From Octopus sinensis (Eukaryota), in NCBI RefSeq assembly GCF_006345805.1, contig NC_042997.1, forward strand, positions 22,940,001-23,004,000: DNA of 64,000 nucleotides. The letters run 5' to 3'. Each line of letters opens with the position of its first letter. Position 1 is the stretch's first letter. Made by a program: the position numbers and the translations under genes. The notes under the pieces are model-generated. The model was not told the origin of the DNA and searched no databases. It saw only the letters and a list, made by a program, of their open reading frames with translations. Below, piece by piece: positions 35,249-49,030 of the stretch.

Positions 35249-37437
35249 CCTAATTTATGTTTGAGATAGAAGCAGTGTTATCACTGTTAATGTGAACATT
35301 TCTGATTACAGTTAATAATTTTCACATTGCTATTGTTATTGATCAAATTTCTAGCTCTTGGAACTAGTACAGCAAACACTGTGTGAGTTATTGTATTCAA
35401 AGAGCTCTGATTGTTATGTTATTCTTTCTTTCTCTCTCAACACCATCATGGAATTATGCTTTTATCAATTCAAATGTGTAACATTTATTATTAGATGTTG
35501 GAGAAATATATGTCACTGATTTATGAATTTCCTTTACTTCACTGTCAAGTTTAAATACTTGGCTAAGCACCATATCTGTCCCATGAGAATATAGTAGCCA
35601 ATTAAACTTTTCGTTACTAAGTTACTAACACATAGCTTCATCATTTTATATGTTTCCATGCCAGCATAGGTTAGTTGTATCTCACCATCTTGTCATAGAA
35701 ACCTCCCTAACCCCAGATATATTTTTACAGTGTAGGTTGGGTACATTTTAAAGTACCATTGACACAAGAAACTTCATCTGTGGCAAGACTAAAGAGTTTC
35801 CTCTATTCTGTATCAGTTATATCCGTAGAGAAGCTATATGTCGTAGTAGGGTTTCTGTTTTCTCTATACCTGAGTGTATACCCTTCAGATTTCTACATAA
35901 TATTGAAAGTTCACTGCCTAAGACACAGCATCTCTCTTTGACAGCCTAACTTTTGCACTGTCATCATAATCTCTACCTCATGACCTTTTCTAATAACTCC
36001 ACCCATAGATTGACCTGCCATGATATTCTCTTGTACTTTAATGCACATAAAACTCTACCAAATCTCTGCTACTCTTAGTAGTAAATGTATTTGACTGCTG
36101 ACTCATGTGAGCCATCTTTTTGGTTTGTCCACCATAGAAATAGTTCACATACCAAATCTTTAAGTCACTTCCCAAATTGTAATCAGGCTTCCTATTTCCA
36201 CATCAAGAGAACATTTATTAACTTAGCAATAATTTCATATTCTTTTCTTTCCAGTTGCTAATTCATTTATAATAAAATTGTTGCCTTAGCAATATTCTTT
36301 AGGAACAAGCACAGACAAGCTTTACACAATTTGCACATTACATTCTAACATTTGGTTGACCAGATGTTTTTATTCTAGCAAATGGTTTTGTTCTTTGCTA
36401 TTTGTCTCTGCTAACATCAGCTAAATTCTCTTCCAGAACATATCCACCTCTTCTTGACATCTGTTAGCAATTATTTCTTCTTATAGTACTTTTTATTTTT
36501 TAAATTAAATTTTTATTTTGGTAATTTTTATTTTGATAATTTTTTTTTCTAAAATCTGTTTCTCACTTGTAGATTATTTGGAAATTATACATCTATGTTT
36601 GTTAGTGATAGATTTGAGAACAAAAAAAATTCATACAATTTTCTTTTTGCCTACTTTTATGCTCCTTGTTACCCTCATAACAGATATTGTTGCTGCAGTT
36701 GTAGTGATTGGTTCTTTCACACATCATCAGATTGATGAATGGAGGTGGAGTTTTACAAAGGTTGTTTTTCATTGCCTTCCTTTGTGAGATTTTACAAGAT
36801 GCCATCTTGTTGGAGAGATAAAGACAAGCTTACTACACCTGCCTGGGTGTAGTAAGAATTAGAACAAATACTACAAAGCATTTTTCTAATATTCTAAAAA
36901 TGGAAGGCAATGTTGATCTCAGTTTGTAAAGACCTGGAACAAATACCACAATGTATTTTGTCCACTACTCTAACAGTTCTGCCAGTCTACCATCCTACAG
37001 TGACTGATAGTTTATTCTATTTACTGACACCCTCACCACCAGCTATCATGGTAATTGCTATGAATAGTAGACCAATTGGCTAACGAAATTGGTCCATTTC
37101 ATTACAGAGGCTTACTCAGTTAAAGTCATATGCAACATATTTACTGGACTAATATTGTTCAGTTTCATAGCTACCTGTTGTTCTGTTATTAATTAAAATT
37201 TTTGTCATAAAACTTTTAGTAGATGTTCTTTACATCAATTTCAAATTCAGAACAAATTTTATCTCAATGTGATCAAAAATATTCCTGTATCCAATTCGAA
37301 GTTCTCTCGCCATGTTATTTAATTACTTAGTGCAACTAATTAAATTTTGTAGCACATAAGGAAATTTTATTTTTTTAATTCTAGAAGCACACTATAGAAC
37401 ATGAGCAAATGTATGTCTCATACTGAGACACATAACA

Positions 37438-37700
37438 TCCCATCATCATCGTTTAACGTCCGTTCTCCATGCTAGCATGGGTTGGACGGTTCAACCGGGG
37501 ATCTGGGAAGCCAGAAGGCTGCACCAGGCTCCAGTCTGATCTGGCAGTGTTTCTACAGATGGATGCCCTTCCTAACGCCAACCACTCCGTGAGTGTAGTG
37601 GGTGCTTTTTACGTGCCACCTGCACAGGTGCCAGGCGAGGCTCGCAACGGCCACGATCAGATTGGTGCATTTTACGTGCCACCGGCACGGAAGCCAGTCA
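37438..37700 (-). mobile_element. Young RTE 3' tail
   Basis: (CAT)n cgtttaacgtccgttctccatgctagcatggg; nearly identical to 48770-49030. Confidence 0.92.
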
Positions 37701-39704
37701 GCTTTTGAAAATAGTATGCTTGTTAATATTTTTATAATTTTTAGAGACTACTTACAATTAACTATACTTGTACTCAGTTATCGAAATTATAGAAGCAGAA
37801 ACACTCCTAGGCTAGTCATAAGAAGACACGCACACACCATTATTTTACATCCATTTTCCATGCTAGCATGGGTCATCATAGTCGTAATTAGTTCATATTT
37901 GGAGTAACTTTCCTCCTAGGCAGTTAGGAACAAGTTTCAAAAATAAAATTGTCTCACTTGTATGTTTCGTTTTTGGCTTTTTCTCTCTGGCTGGATCTCC
38001 TTCCTATGTCCAGCCACTTTACAGGATGTTACTGGGTGTGTGTTGTATCACCAGCACTAGAAACATTGTCATGTCCTCGACAAGACTTAAGTGTCCTCTA
38101 GGATCCTACATCTCTGCTCATTTGTCATCCTCCCTATAGAGTCTACTGGGCAAATTTTATCAGAGTACCCACATTAACAAGATTATCATGTATAGTCTAA
38201 GACCATAAACTCTTAGAGGATATAAGTACGTAGGATAGAGTGCTCACTACTCTATTATTTGCTTGTTTGCTTAAAGCATAGACTGAGAAGATGAATAACA
38301 AAGAGTTTGAAGAGAGGAGTCTAAAGGAAGTAAAAGTATGATGGTAGTTAACTAAAGTCAGCTCACTCTCCCTCCCACTCTTTCTACTTCTATCACTCAT
38401 ACCTCTTCTGCCTCCTCTCATTTGTGCATCTATTGCTCAAAGCCTCTATTGTTCATACCATGATTGCTCTCATCACTATTACCCTCCCATCTTTACACTC
38501 TCACTATACTACCTATTGACTGAAGATGGTCTGTATATTTCTCCTCCACACCACTATCACTGGACCTATCTAACTCTCCCCATTCAAACACTGTACTCCC
38601 TCTTATCACCATAGCCTTTTCACCCATCCCAAGATATATCTACCTTTACCCATTCCCCCTCTCAAACCACCTGGTATTGACATCAATCATTCAGTCCTCC
38701 CATTTATCCACTTCTATTACTAACCATTACTCTCTCATTCCTTCTATTACTTTCACATCCCATTCACTCTATTTCTGCCATCACTTTAATGCTTCCTATC
38801 CACTCATCTGATTCTCCCCCTATTGCCCTCACTTTTGTTCAGCTCCTCAGCCATGTAGTCCTAAAGGAATGAATACTTCATAGCGTGTTAGGAATTCTTA
38901 AATTTCCTGGGATCATATAATTGTTGGTAATATTATAAATCCACTCAAAATATCCCATAAAGTGATTGGCAAGGAAGGTAAATCTCATAGGATTAAGGAG
39001 ACCCTTTAGTCTTGTCAAGGATATGGCTATCTCTTTTGCATGAGCAACAATAAAACTACCCTGTATACTTAGTAAAACATGTGGTTGAGAGGAGGTTTTG
39101 GTGTTGTCAAGATCATAACAACCTCTGTAGTATCATTGTCACAATAAAATGCACTCAGTGTACGTTCTTAAATAGTTGGTGATAACTTAGATAGGTTTCA
39201 GCCAGTATAGGCCCAGGCCATGTCTAACTTAATAGCACCACCTGGTGAAGTCTTTTAGATTGTGATTCACACCTCAGTCATATAGGAAGGGCATCCAGTT
39301 TAGAATCCATGCCAAACATGGAATATTCAAGCAAGATGCACTTTCCTATCTTGTTTACGTAAGCAGTGCTGATTTGAATCGTGGCAATTGAATCAACTTG
39401 TACCAGCATGAAAAAGCAAACACAATGTTTTTGCAGCCATGACTACTGGTCAGAGATTGGACTCTTCTGTCATTTCAGAAGTTGCTTATCATCCTTCTCT
39501 GCAGGTGTTCTCCACATCTGCAAAACTGAGAAATCATACATACATGGTTATTACATCAAAAACTGATGCTCTATTCTGGTTTTGGCTCCCAAGCTGGGCT
39601 GTTCATGACTGTAAGGGAGAATAAAATTGTTTTCAGTTTATATAAAAGTGTGATAAGTGTCTTTGAAAAGTAATTGAATGATGTTGAAGTTGTAATGGGA
39701 AATT

Positions 39705-40075
39705 CATCATCATCATCATTTAACATCCGTTGTCCATGCTGGCATGAGTTGGATGGCTTGACTGGACTGGCATATTGGAAGGCTGCGCCAGGCTCAAGTC
39801 TGATTTGGCATGGTTTTCTACAGCTGGATGCCCTTCCTAACACCAACCACTCCGAGAGTGTAATGGGTGCTTCTACGTGCCACCAGCATGACACTGGTAT
39901 CTGCCATGACTGCAATTTTGCTTGGCTTGATGGATCTTCTTCTCAAGCATGACATAATGCCAAAGGTCTTGGTCATTACCTCCATGAGATCTAACACTTG
40001 AAAGAACTCAGCAACTTTGCCTCCATGAGGCCCAATGCTTGAAAGGAACTCAAACACTTTGCCTCCATCAGGCCC
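39705..40075 (-). mobile_element. RTE 3' tail with tandem internal units
   Basis: (CAT)n ttaacatccgttgtccatgctggcatg; repeated ctttgcctccatgaggcccaa units. Confidence 0.8.
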
Positions 40076-40305
40076 AACACTAATTATTGTCAAGATATTT
40101 GTAAGGATGGTTGGGTTGGAACAATAAAGCGCTGTCTTCTGAATTAGTTTTCTGAAATAAACTTTCACTGTGGGAATGGCTATGTATTTTTATGGAGAAG
40201 TGTATGTTGATGGGTTCCATTTTGAAGGTTCTGTTGATGTAAGTGTTTAGAAACTGTATGGTGTGTAGCTTAACAAAATCATGGAGATGTTATGCTTTAA
40301 CGTAG

Positions 40306-40617
40306 TACAAACATTATCTGATATAGAACTCAAAACATTGGATAAAGTGGATATATCATGATCATCAAATGTCTGCTTTCCATGCTGGCATGGGTTGGAC
40401 GGCTTGACAGGATCTGACTTGGCAGGAGACTGCACCAAGTTTCAATGTTTGTTTTGGTATGGTTTTTTATGGTTGGATGACCTTCCTGACACCATCTATC
40501 CTGCAGAGTGCACTATATTTATTATATCAAAAGTTGACTGTCTACTCAGTTTCATGCTGAGCTGGGCTGTTTCCATTCTATCTGATGTATTGAGTTCTAT
40601 ATCAGATAATGTTTGTA
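40306..40617. mobile_element. Small TIR element (about 44-bp inverted repeats) containing an RTE tail
   Basis: TACAAACATTATCTGATATAGAACTCAA is perfectly inverted at 40590-40617; interior 40355-40500 is a minus-strand RTE tail. Confidence 0.75.
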
Positions 40618-41149
40618 AGTAAAATATATTTTTAATAAACTTTATAACTTATATCTATGTATAAAATTGTTTGTGTATATTGGACATTTTCCTAATTTAA
40701 AACTGCAGCTGTGATCTGAAGAAAATTAGTTTGATCACCTGCATAGAGGCTTTCCTTCACTGGTTCAAAGTAAATGTTTATTCCTAGATCAGTCTTAGAT
40801 GGACAAAGCTGTAATGAAAGGCATTTTAGTAATGAAAATCTCCATTCATATCATTATCATTTAATGCCTGTTTTCCATGTTGGCATGGTTGAGATGGTTT
40901 GAAAGGATTTAGCAAGCCCTAAGCCCACATAAAGCTCAAATGTCAGCTTTGACATAATTTCTACAGCTTGATGCTCTTCCTAATGCTAGCCTCTTTACAG
41001 TGTAGTGGGGTTTTTTTTTCATGCCACCATCACTAGTGAAGCTGCTGAGTAACTTACAAAAAGTGAATAGGGAAAAAGGAAAAAAAAAGAGATTTTCCCT
41101 TGACTACGTGGTGGTGGTGGTGGTGGGGGCAATGATTTTTATAAAGTTA

Positions 41150-41390
41150 AAGTTACCTTCTTGAGTCATACTGACTCACGAGGGCCTGGTTCCAGTGCAT
41201 ATATATTCCCCTCCTGGACAGGACGCCAGTCTGTTACAGGATTACTCACTTGTGCCTGCTGAGTGGACTGGAACAACGTGAAATGAAGTGTCTTGCTCAA
41301 GAACACAACACGTCACCCAGTCTAGGAATCAAGATCATAATCTTACGATCAAGAGTTCAACACTTTAAGCACTAAGCCATGCACCTACAT
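41150..41390 (-). mobile_element. tRNA-headed SINE, type D
   Basis: gagtggactggaacaacgtgaaatgaagtgtcttgctcaagaacacaac, shared with 30715-30910; head GGTGCATGGCTTAGTGCTTA. Confidence 0.75.
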
Positions 41391-42397
41391 CAATGGTTTT
41401 ATGCCAGGTGTTGAAAAGCTACATTGTGAAAGCGGGACAAGCACAGGTGTCTTGCTATAGAGGATATAAATGGCTATCCTGCGTTATATAGGAGTAGGTA
41501 GGAGTAGTTAAAAAACAAGGAATAGATGGTGGAGACTAAATGCCTGAGCAAGATACAATGACTATAAGAGAGGATATAGACAGTGGATCAGGTGGGATAG
41601 AGGGAATAGTTTCATAAGAGTATGAGGGTAGAGTAAATCTGACTAGAGGTAGGGCTAGAGGTGACTATAGGGAGTGATGAGCTAGGGTATAGGTATGGTT
41701 GATGGGAAATATCAGTATGAAGAGAGAGTAAGATCAGAAAGTAGGGGCAATAATGTGCAGGGTGTGAGAGCAATGGGAAAGATGTAGGAGTACATAAGGG
41801 TGGCTATAGTCGGTGGGGTATGATGGCTGATATGTGTGCTGGTTGAGAATGAGAGCAGATATGAGAGGTGTTGAGATGTAGTATAGCATAGGCGTTCATA
41901 TATATCATGAACTTTATTTATATTGTACAATATAGCCTTTATATAAGATGATAGTTTGGTTTGTAAGAGTTATGGCAGCTCATTTTTTCAGCAAGTTGAG
42001 TGAAAAATAATATTCCTTCTCCTTTCTTCTTCTGTCTTATCCTTTCTATTTCATATCTTAAAAATGGTGTTTGTTTTTGGAGATAGTTTGTTTTAACATT
42101 AGCTAGGAGGGTGGTAGAAGTGGAGCTTGTTTTCAGTTAGTCACACTGTATACGTATTGATACATAATTATTATTTGATTTCTAAAGAAAATTGTTCACA
42201 AGTCATTTTACTTATCGTGTTATATTGATTGAAATTTGATTTAGCGGTTTTATATTGTGGACTCTCCAAATGCATTTCTCATATTACTAATTATAATATT
42301 TTACTTGCTGACGATATTTATAATTGTCTTTTCATAAATAGTAATGTGTGTGTGTATATTTTAAATTCTTGTAAGTATTTGGCTTTTTATTTTTCAG

Positions 42398-42643
42398 TCA
42401 CCTCATTTGCAAGGAAAAACTATTGAATGTTTAAAAGAAAAAATAAGAACATTATCTGATAATTGCCATCGTCAAATTCAACGAGTTACTGAGTTACAAG
42501 CAGATGACTACCATCTAGATCGCCCTCTCTTCTATGCATGCAGATTAGATCGTGAACGATTTTGTGATAAAGTAGCTGCTGGTAATGGTCGTATATTTGA
42601 TTGTCTAATGAAGCATAAGTTTGAGAATGACATGTCAGATAAG
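42398..42643 (+). CDS. GLG1: GLG1 exon 5 (246 nt, SPHLQGKTIECL...DDYHLDRPLFYACRLDRERFC...HKFENDMSDK)
   Basis: tttcag|TCA...AAG|gtaagt; near-identical to vertebrate DDFHLDRHLYFACRDDRERFC. Confidence 0.95.
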
Positions 42644-43750
42644 GTAAGTTAGTGAAATTATTTATCATTGTTTTTTTTTCTCATTTCTGATTACTTTTGT
42701 GAAACAAAAATGCTGCATAATAAAAGTACTTGAATATTTGTTTTAAAAATATTAATTTTAATTTTATTTAGTTTTTAGTTTAAAAATTAACATGAATCTC
42801 TAATGTATGCATTGTATACTTCTTTCTCAAACTAATTAGTTCACATTAGTATTTAATTCCAGTTTCTGTAATTTTACATAGATATTGTATTTAGAGTCAT
42901 TCCTAACCTTGCTCAGTTGAAATCCTCAATGTATAACATTTGTGGAACTACATGAAGTCTTATTCTGTGATTTTATGATCTCAAAGTACATATTGGTTAA
43001 AAGGTGGCAGAGATAAAGGCTTTTTTATCATATGAATGTTTCTGTTAAAAAAAAAAATCAGTAAACTCAAAAGTTACAATAACTTTTCACCTTGCTATGA
43101 GGGATCTGCTTGAGGTCAATGTTGCTAACTTAAACAATTATATAAAATGTATAGTGGTGATGATTGCTACTTAGCAAGCAGATAACTTAGGCAAAGTTGG
43201 AAATACATTAGGAAATCATGTTTGACACAGCATGGAACTTTCATTCAGTCAATTATCTAATATTCAGCAACAACTGTTTCCTCCAAGTTAGAAGTAAATC
43301 TTCTAGCAGATCATTCTAGCAGCTATTAAACCTATGACATTGGTTACGGTGTTGAATAAGATTGACAAAACCTGATAGATTGAAACAGTAAACTCATGCA
43401 ATTTCTCAGCTTTCTGCTTGCCAAGTGATGTTTGTAATTTTGCTGTGTTATATTGACAGCTACTTGTGGAATGGAGTGTTTGTCAATCAGACCACCACCT
43501 TAAGTGTGGTCCAAAATTTATGTGTAGTGGATGCATCATTGCAAATTTGTATATAGAATTTTATGTCTATGTTGTAGGAAGTATGATGATTGTATTACCT
43601 TATTCATAAGCAAAAAAGATGCATTCTTGTGGTTTTGTTTACTTACTATATGTGATATCTATGTTGTTTTGTTTCTGCTGAGTAAGTTAAATGTCTATTA
43701 CAAGATTTATTTTTATTGTGAACTCTTTGGTCAACTTTGATTGAGTACTA

Positions 43751-44947
43751 TTGGGGTGTACCATAAATAATGCAGTTTTTTCAATTGCATGGACTAAAAG
43801 TCAGAGGTGGATGGGTTAAACTACCTGCATCAACTTGCTATAAAAGCAGATAGTAATTTTACTGTATCCTTATTCTTAGTGCAAGTTTTGAAGAGTGCAG
43901 TTCGATTTTAAGTTATTTTTTTCAAAGCTATAATGGAAGTGACAAAGGAGCATATTCCACATATTTTGCTTTATGAGTTCAATAAAGGCAACAACACAGC
44001 AGAAAGTGAGGAATATTAATGCAGTATATGGGGGTTGGACAATAAGCGTAAGCCAGTGTCAATGATGTTCCAGAAATTCTGAGCCAGAAACTACAGCCTT
44101 GTCTTGGAAGATTTGTGGAGGACATCCTGCAAACCTTGGTAGAACAAAATCTCATTGTAACTATTGAGAAACTAGCAGAAAAGCTTCGATTTTGGTCAAT
44201 CAACCACTCATTGACATGTGTGTCCCATCAGAAAAGTCAGCAAATTGGGTCAATGGGTTCCTTACAAACTTTTCAAGTCTAATCGCATGTAGAGAGTGAA
44301 TGTGTGCTCTTTTTTGTTGTCACATCTCATGAATAAACCTTTTTTGGAGCAAATAGTGACTGGTTATGAGAAATGGGTTCTCTATAGAAATGTCAAGCAT
44401 CAAAGACAGTGGGGAGGGAAAGTAGAAACACCGGCACTCCAGGCTAAAGACAGTTTTCACCCTCATAAGGTGTTGTTATCTGTTTGGTGGGATATGAAAG
44501 ATTTAGTCAACTTTGAACTTTTAAACCCAAACCAAACAATAACAAAGGAGATCTACTGTGAGCACCTGGAGCAGCTTAAGTGAGCGCTAGAAGAAAAATG
44601 ACCATCCTTGGTTTCAAAACGAAAGGTGTTCTTCCATTAGGATAATGCTCAGATGACATTCCAAAGGGTGGAGCAGTTTGAATGGGAAATGATGCCCCAC
44701 CCACCATGTTCGCTAGACATTGCCCCATCTGATTATCATTTATTTTGCAGTTTTCGAAATCATTTAGACGGAAAAAATATGAATTATGTAGACAAGGTCA
44801 GAACAGTACTGGAGGAGTATTTTTTGTCACACACAAGTGAATTTTGGAAGAGAGATCTACCAGATATATTTTAAAAAAAACTTTATCTTAATTTTGAAAA
44901 ATAAAAGAAGTATATAAAAAAACTGCATTATTTATGGGATGACCCAA
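43751..44947 (+). mobile_element. Full-length but dead Mariner transposon, family 2
   Basis: 31-bp TIRs match at 27 positions, TA on the left; ATG 43933 MEVTKEHIPHILLYEF; WVPYKL, IVTGYEKW, H*DNA and SLDIAPSDYHLF motifs. Confidence 0.95.
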
Positions 44948-45919
44948 TTCATCTTGATATGAATACTGAGTTTTGCATGTGGAGAATACTTGATGTCTGA
45001 AAGTTGATAAGGAATTTAAGGAGGGCAATGTAGGATGTATGTAGATAGGTGATAGTTGTCAGCATAGGATTAAAAAACTTCCCAAACAATCAAGTCAATA
45101 GGTTTAGATTCTGAGAGATTTTCATCAACTCACAGGATTAAGAATTTTCTTTAAAATTATGGAGCTTTAGTTTTATTAAATTCTATTCAAATCCATTTGT
45201 GTTACAACTTGATAACCAGAAGTACTCTCAAAAGTAAAAGTTACTAGATAACTCTTTATTATCTTCAAAAAAAAAACATGTTTACAACAATTTACAATCA
45301 AGGCAGAACCTTGGTATTTTAAACATGGGCATGGCTTTGTGGATATGGAGATCACTTCATAATCAAATGATTTGGGGTTGTTACCCACTGCATATTACTT
45401 TGAGCAAGTGTCTTCTGTTGTTGCCTCAGGTTGACCAGTGCTTTGTGTAATTATTAGATAACTATAAGCATGCTTATCATGTACGTGTGTGTGAATGCCA
45501 TATGGATATTCTATGTCACATTAGAAACCTGAGTAAAAAAACTGATGTGTTTACATTCACTGTAAATAATACACCATGTATTTCTTGTAGAAAATAGAAA
45601 TCCCTTGTAAAACAGGTAAGGATTGGTTACAGGAAGGACATCCAGTGTAAAATATCATCTCAAATAAGTATCTGTCCAACTCATGTCAGCATGGCAAAAG
45701 GGAATAAAATAACTGAATATTAATTTCCTATTAGGTAGATAATATTTGTATGAAGGTGTGTAATCAAGAATTCAATTCAATAAATCTTTTAACTAGCGCT
45801 AACAATATATCAGGGATATGAACCGATCTTGTTGAATAAAATATGGTAAAATCGTTCTGTGTGAAGTCTTAACATGTTTCAAATCCTATTCTAATTGAAA
45901 ACTATTATTTTCATTTTAG

Positions 45920-46100
45920 TGCCGACAAAAGCTTGTGTTACGTCAACAACTTATTGCAGAGGATATTAAAATTGAGAAAGGATTTTTTGCTGCTTGCCAT
46001 AATGACATTGAGCAGTATTCTTGCTTGAAAGATTCTAAAGGCTCTGCAGTGGTGCAAAGGGCTTCAGTGATGCTGTGTTTGGAGAATAATATGAAAAAAG
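45920..46100 (+). CDS. GLG1: GLG1 exon 6 (181 nt, CRQKLVLRQQLIAED...MLCLENNMKK G)
   Basis: ttttag|TGC; donor AAAG|gttatt (weak), phase 1, completed by the GT at the start of exon 7 to give GGT Gly. Confidence 0.88.
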
Positions 46101-46544
46101 GTTATTTACATTTTAAAGAATGAGTTTCAGATTTGTCAAATGCTCAAATTTTATTAGACACACTGTATTATGTACTTCATCTTTCTAATCCTTTCTTCTT
46201 CAATTACAGTTGTTTTAAAAACCATTCAGCTGCAGAACATCTGGCAGAAATAATTCTTGCATTTATAGGTTAGGTTGAACTGGATTAGTGATTTAGTCTC
46301 CCATTAATTTTAAAACTATTGTAGTGACAAAGTTATAATAATTGAAAGAAAAGATCATTTAAATAATCTTTCTAACTGTAGTTTAAGTTTTGACATCTGC
46401 CTAAACATGTTTTTTCTTTTTTTCTTCCCCATTATACTTGTTGAAATGGTTCCATGCAGTAGGGAATCTATATCAGTAATTGCCATAGATATTAGTAAAG
46501 AATAAGATGGAGACAATTCAGAGTGCTTCTATTGTCAATCAAAG

Positions 46545-47310
46545 GTCTCCCTCTCCAAGTGAAAGGGAAATTATATGATGCATGTATACAAACAGTAATA
46601 TTACATGGTAGTGAGATATGGGCCCTGAATGCAGAGGACATGTGAAGGTTAGAGGAGAAATGAAGCTAGTATGCACTGCTGAACGTGCAATGTCAGTGTA
46701 CATCTGTGACAGAGCGCTAGTGTATTGAGAGAAAAGTTTGGCATAAGAGGAATTAGATGCAGTGTGCCAGAGAGAAGACTGTACTAGTTTGGTCATGTGA
46801 TGCTTGTGAATATAGACAGTTGCATAAAGAAATGCTGATCACTTAAAGTGGATGGAACTTGTGGAAGAGGGAGACCCAGGAAGACATGGGATGAATTACT
46901 GAAGGCCAGTCTCAAGACACTGGGCCTTATGAAGATGACAAGGACAGATATCTGGTGCCTTGCTGTACAGAATACCTGCCTACCACAGCAGATAAGCCAC
47001 TTGGTTAATGCTCCTCTACCAGCTGAACAGATTTTTGTCTTACTGTTACTCAAGGTCACTATTACTCAGTGACTTTGTCAGTGCTGGTGTCATGTAAAAA
47101 GCACCTGTACTAATGCTAATTAAGAAGCACTTGTGCTGGTGCCAAGTAAAAACCACCCAATGCACTCTGTAAAGTGGTTGGTATTAGGAAGGACATTAAG
47201 CCGTAGAAACTAAACCAAAACAGATGACTGGAACCTGGTGCAGCTCTAGTCAAACTGTCCAACCCATGCCTGCATGGAAAATAGACATGAAATGATGATG
47301 ATGATGACGA
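46545..47310 (+). mobile_element. RTE LINE C-terminus and 3' tail
   Basis: LHGSEIWALNAED, GTCGRGRPRKTWDEL; ends in tgaaatgatgatgatgatgacg. Confidence 0.88.
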
Positions 47311-48769
47311 TTGCCTGAGAGTGTCTTGGACAAACTCTGTCAATAAATTACTCTTTGAATTTGGTCTAAGAATTAGTTGACAGGCATTTGTATGTCTATC
47401 TATACTCCGAATTTTCTTTCTCTAATCTCCACTTTATCCATTAGAGTAATGTGATTTAATTTTTATTATAATTTTCTGTTCTTGAATTGGTTTTAGTTTT
47501 TGGTATGAGGCCATGAAGTGAAGAACTACCTTCAAAACCACAGTCCAAAAACTAAAACTTTCAATAAGTTTAGGTAATTATATTAATCCCAGTTCTTTAT
47601 TTAGTACTATTTTATCAATATCTATTAAATGGCTAAGTATACTTGAGTGTAAAACAAAGTAACTCAGATGAAATAATTACTAAACTAGTGGGACCAATGA
47701 ATACTTCACAGAATTAATGGTAAATTTATTGAGTTATTTCTGAAAACTTTATCCAAAAAACCTGAAAGCATAGACTGTGTTGTGTTTGTATCAACAGATA
47801 GTCGCTCATCTGCTATTCGGTGAGAAGTGAAAGAAATTGGAATACGAAGATTACTTAATGCACTTTATATACTTTATGCACAATTTTATAGACTTGATAC
47901 ACAGCACTCATAAAATAAGTATTCCGTCTTATTTTTCTATTTCCCCCATAAACAAAAAAATATCTGTACATATGGTACAACTTTTAATTAAATTGTATAG
48001 GTGATATGAAAAATACTTGGTTCAATTAAAAAAAAATACATTTTTCATTATCATTACCTTCATCATCATCATCATCTCCTCTCTCTCTCTCTCCCTCTGC
48101 CTGTCTTTAACCTCATCAACAGAACATCACCCCTCTGCTAAAATCATTATTTTCTCTCTACCTCACATCATGACTGATTTTCTCTCTCTCTCTCTCTCGT
48201 TCTATCTCTGTCGTTTTCTTTCTTTGTCTTTTCTGCCTTACTCTTCGCCTTATCCTCTTTTTCTCTCACCTTTTTCTTTCTCTCTTTCCATTCAACAGCA
48301 TTACAATTACATTCCCTCTACCTCATGTCATAGATGCTTTTTCTCTCGCCCTCTGTTCCTTCTTCTTTTTCTCTAATTATGTGAAAGTATTACTGATGGG
48401 CCAAGTAATGCAATGACAAGTAGATTTATAAGATATTTATTCAACCCACAAATTTATCAGTAATCCCTGTGAGTGTAAGGTTTAATCAGCATCACTTTCC
48501 ATCCATTTTCCATGCTGGGTTAGAGGACCATGTTGTGCTCCAATGTTTCACTTTGGCATGGTTTCTTTGGCTGCTGTTACTTTAACATCAGTCACTTTAC
48601 AGAGTGTACTGGTTACATTTTTATTTTTTTAAAGTGGCACATAAGCTCTGCATTGTCATTGCTCGATTAGGTTACCAATGGCTTACAAATTGTACCAGAT
48701 ACTTTTTGTGGTACCAGCACTGTTGAACTGCCTTGTATCATGTAAAGCAAGGAAGTACTCCTATGACGG

Positions 48770-49030
48770 ATCATCATCATCATCATCGTTTAAACGTCCG
48801 TTCTCCATGCTAGCATGGGTTGGATGGTTCAACCGGGGATCTGGGAAGCCAGAAGGCTGCACCAGTCTCCAGTCTGATCTGGCAGTGTTTCTACAGCTGG
48901 ATGCCCTTCCTAATGCCAACCACTCTGTGAGTGTAGTGGGTGCTTTTTACGTGCCACCTGCACAGGTGCCAGGTGAGGCTGGCAAAGGCCACGATCGGAT
49001 TGGTGCATTTTATGTGGCACTGGCATGGAT
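48770..49030 (-). mobile_element. Young RTE 3' tail
   Basis: (CAT)n cgtttaaacgtccgttctccatgctagcatggg with the gtgccacctgcacaggtgccagg module. Confidence 0.92.

Noticed and set aside
37469-37708. Recurrent ORFs MLAWVG...FLQLDALPNANH (also 1669, 48678, 59727)
   Set aside because: Antisense translations of the RTE 3' UTR; the similarity reflects repeat copies, not a protein family.
38330-38900. Pyrimidine-rich tracts, possibly Penelope-like (also 2960-3450 and purine-rich 41400-41890)
   Set aside because: Too decayed to assign; no motif could be supported, so they are left unannotated.
45590-45625. Acceptor/donor-like pair ttgtag...aaacag|gtaagg in intron 5
   Set aside because: Lies within a decayed SINE type A tail; the 25-nt segment would shift the frame.
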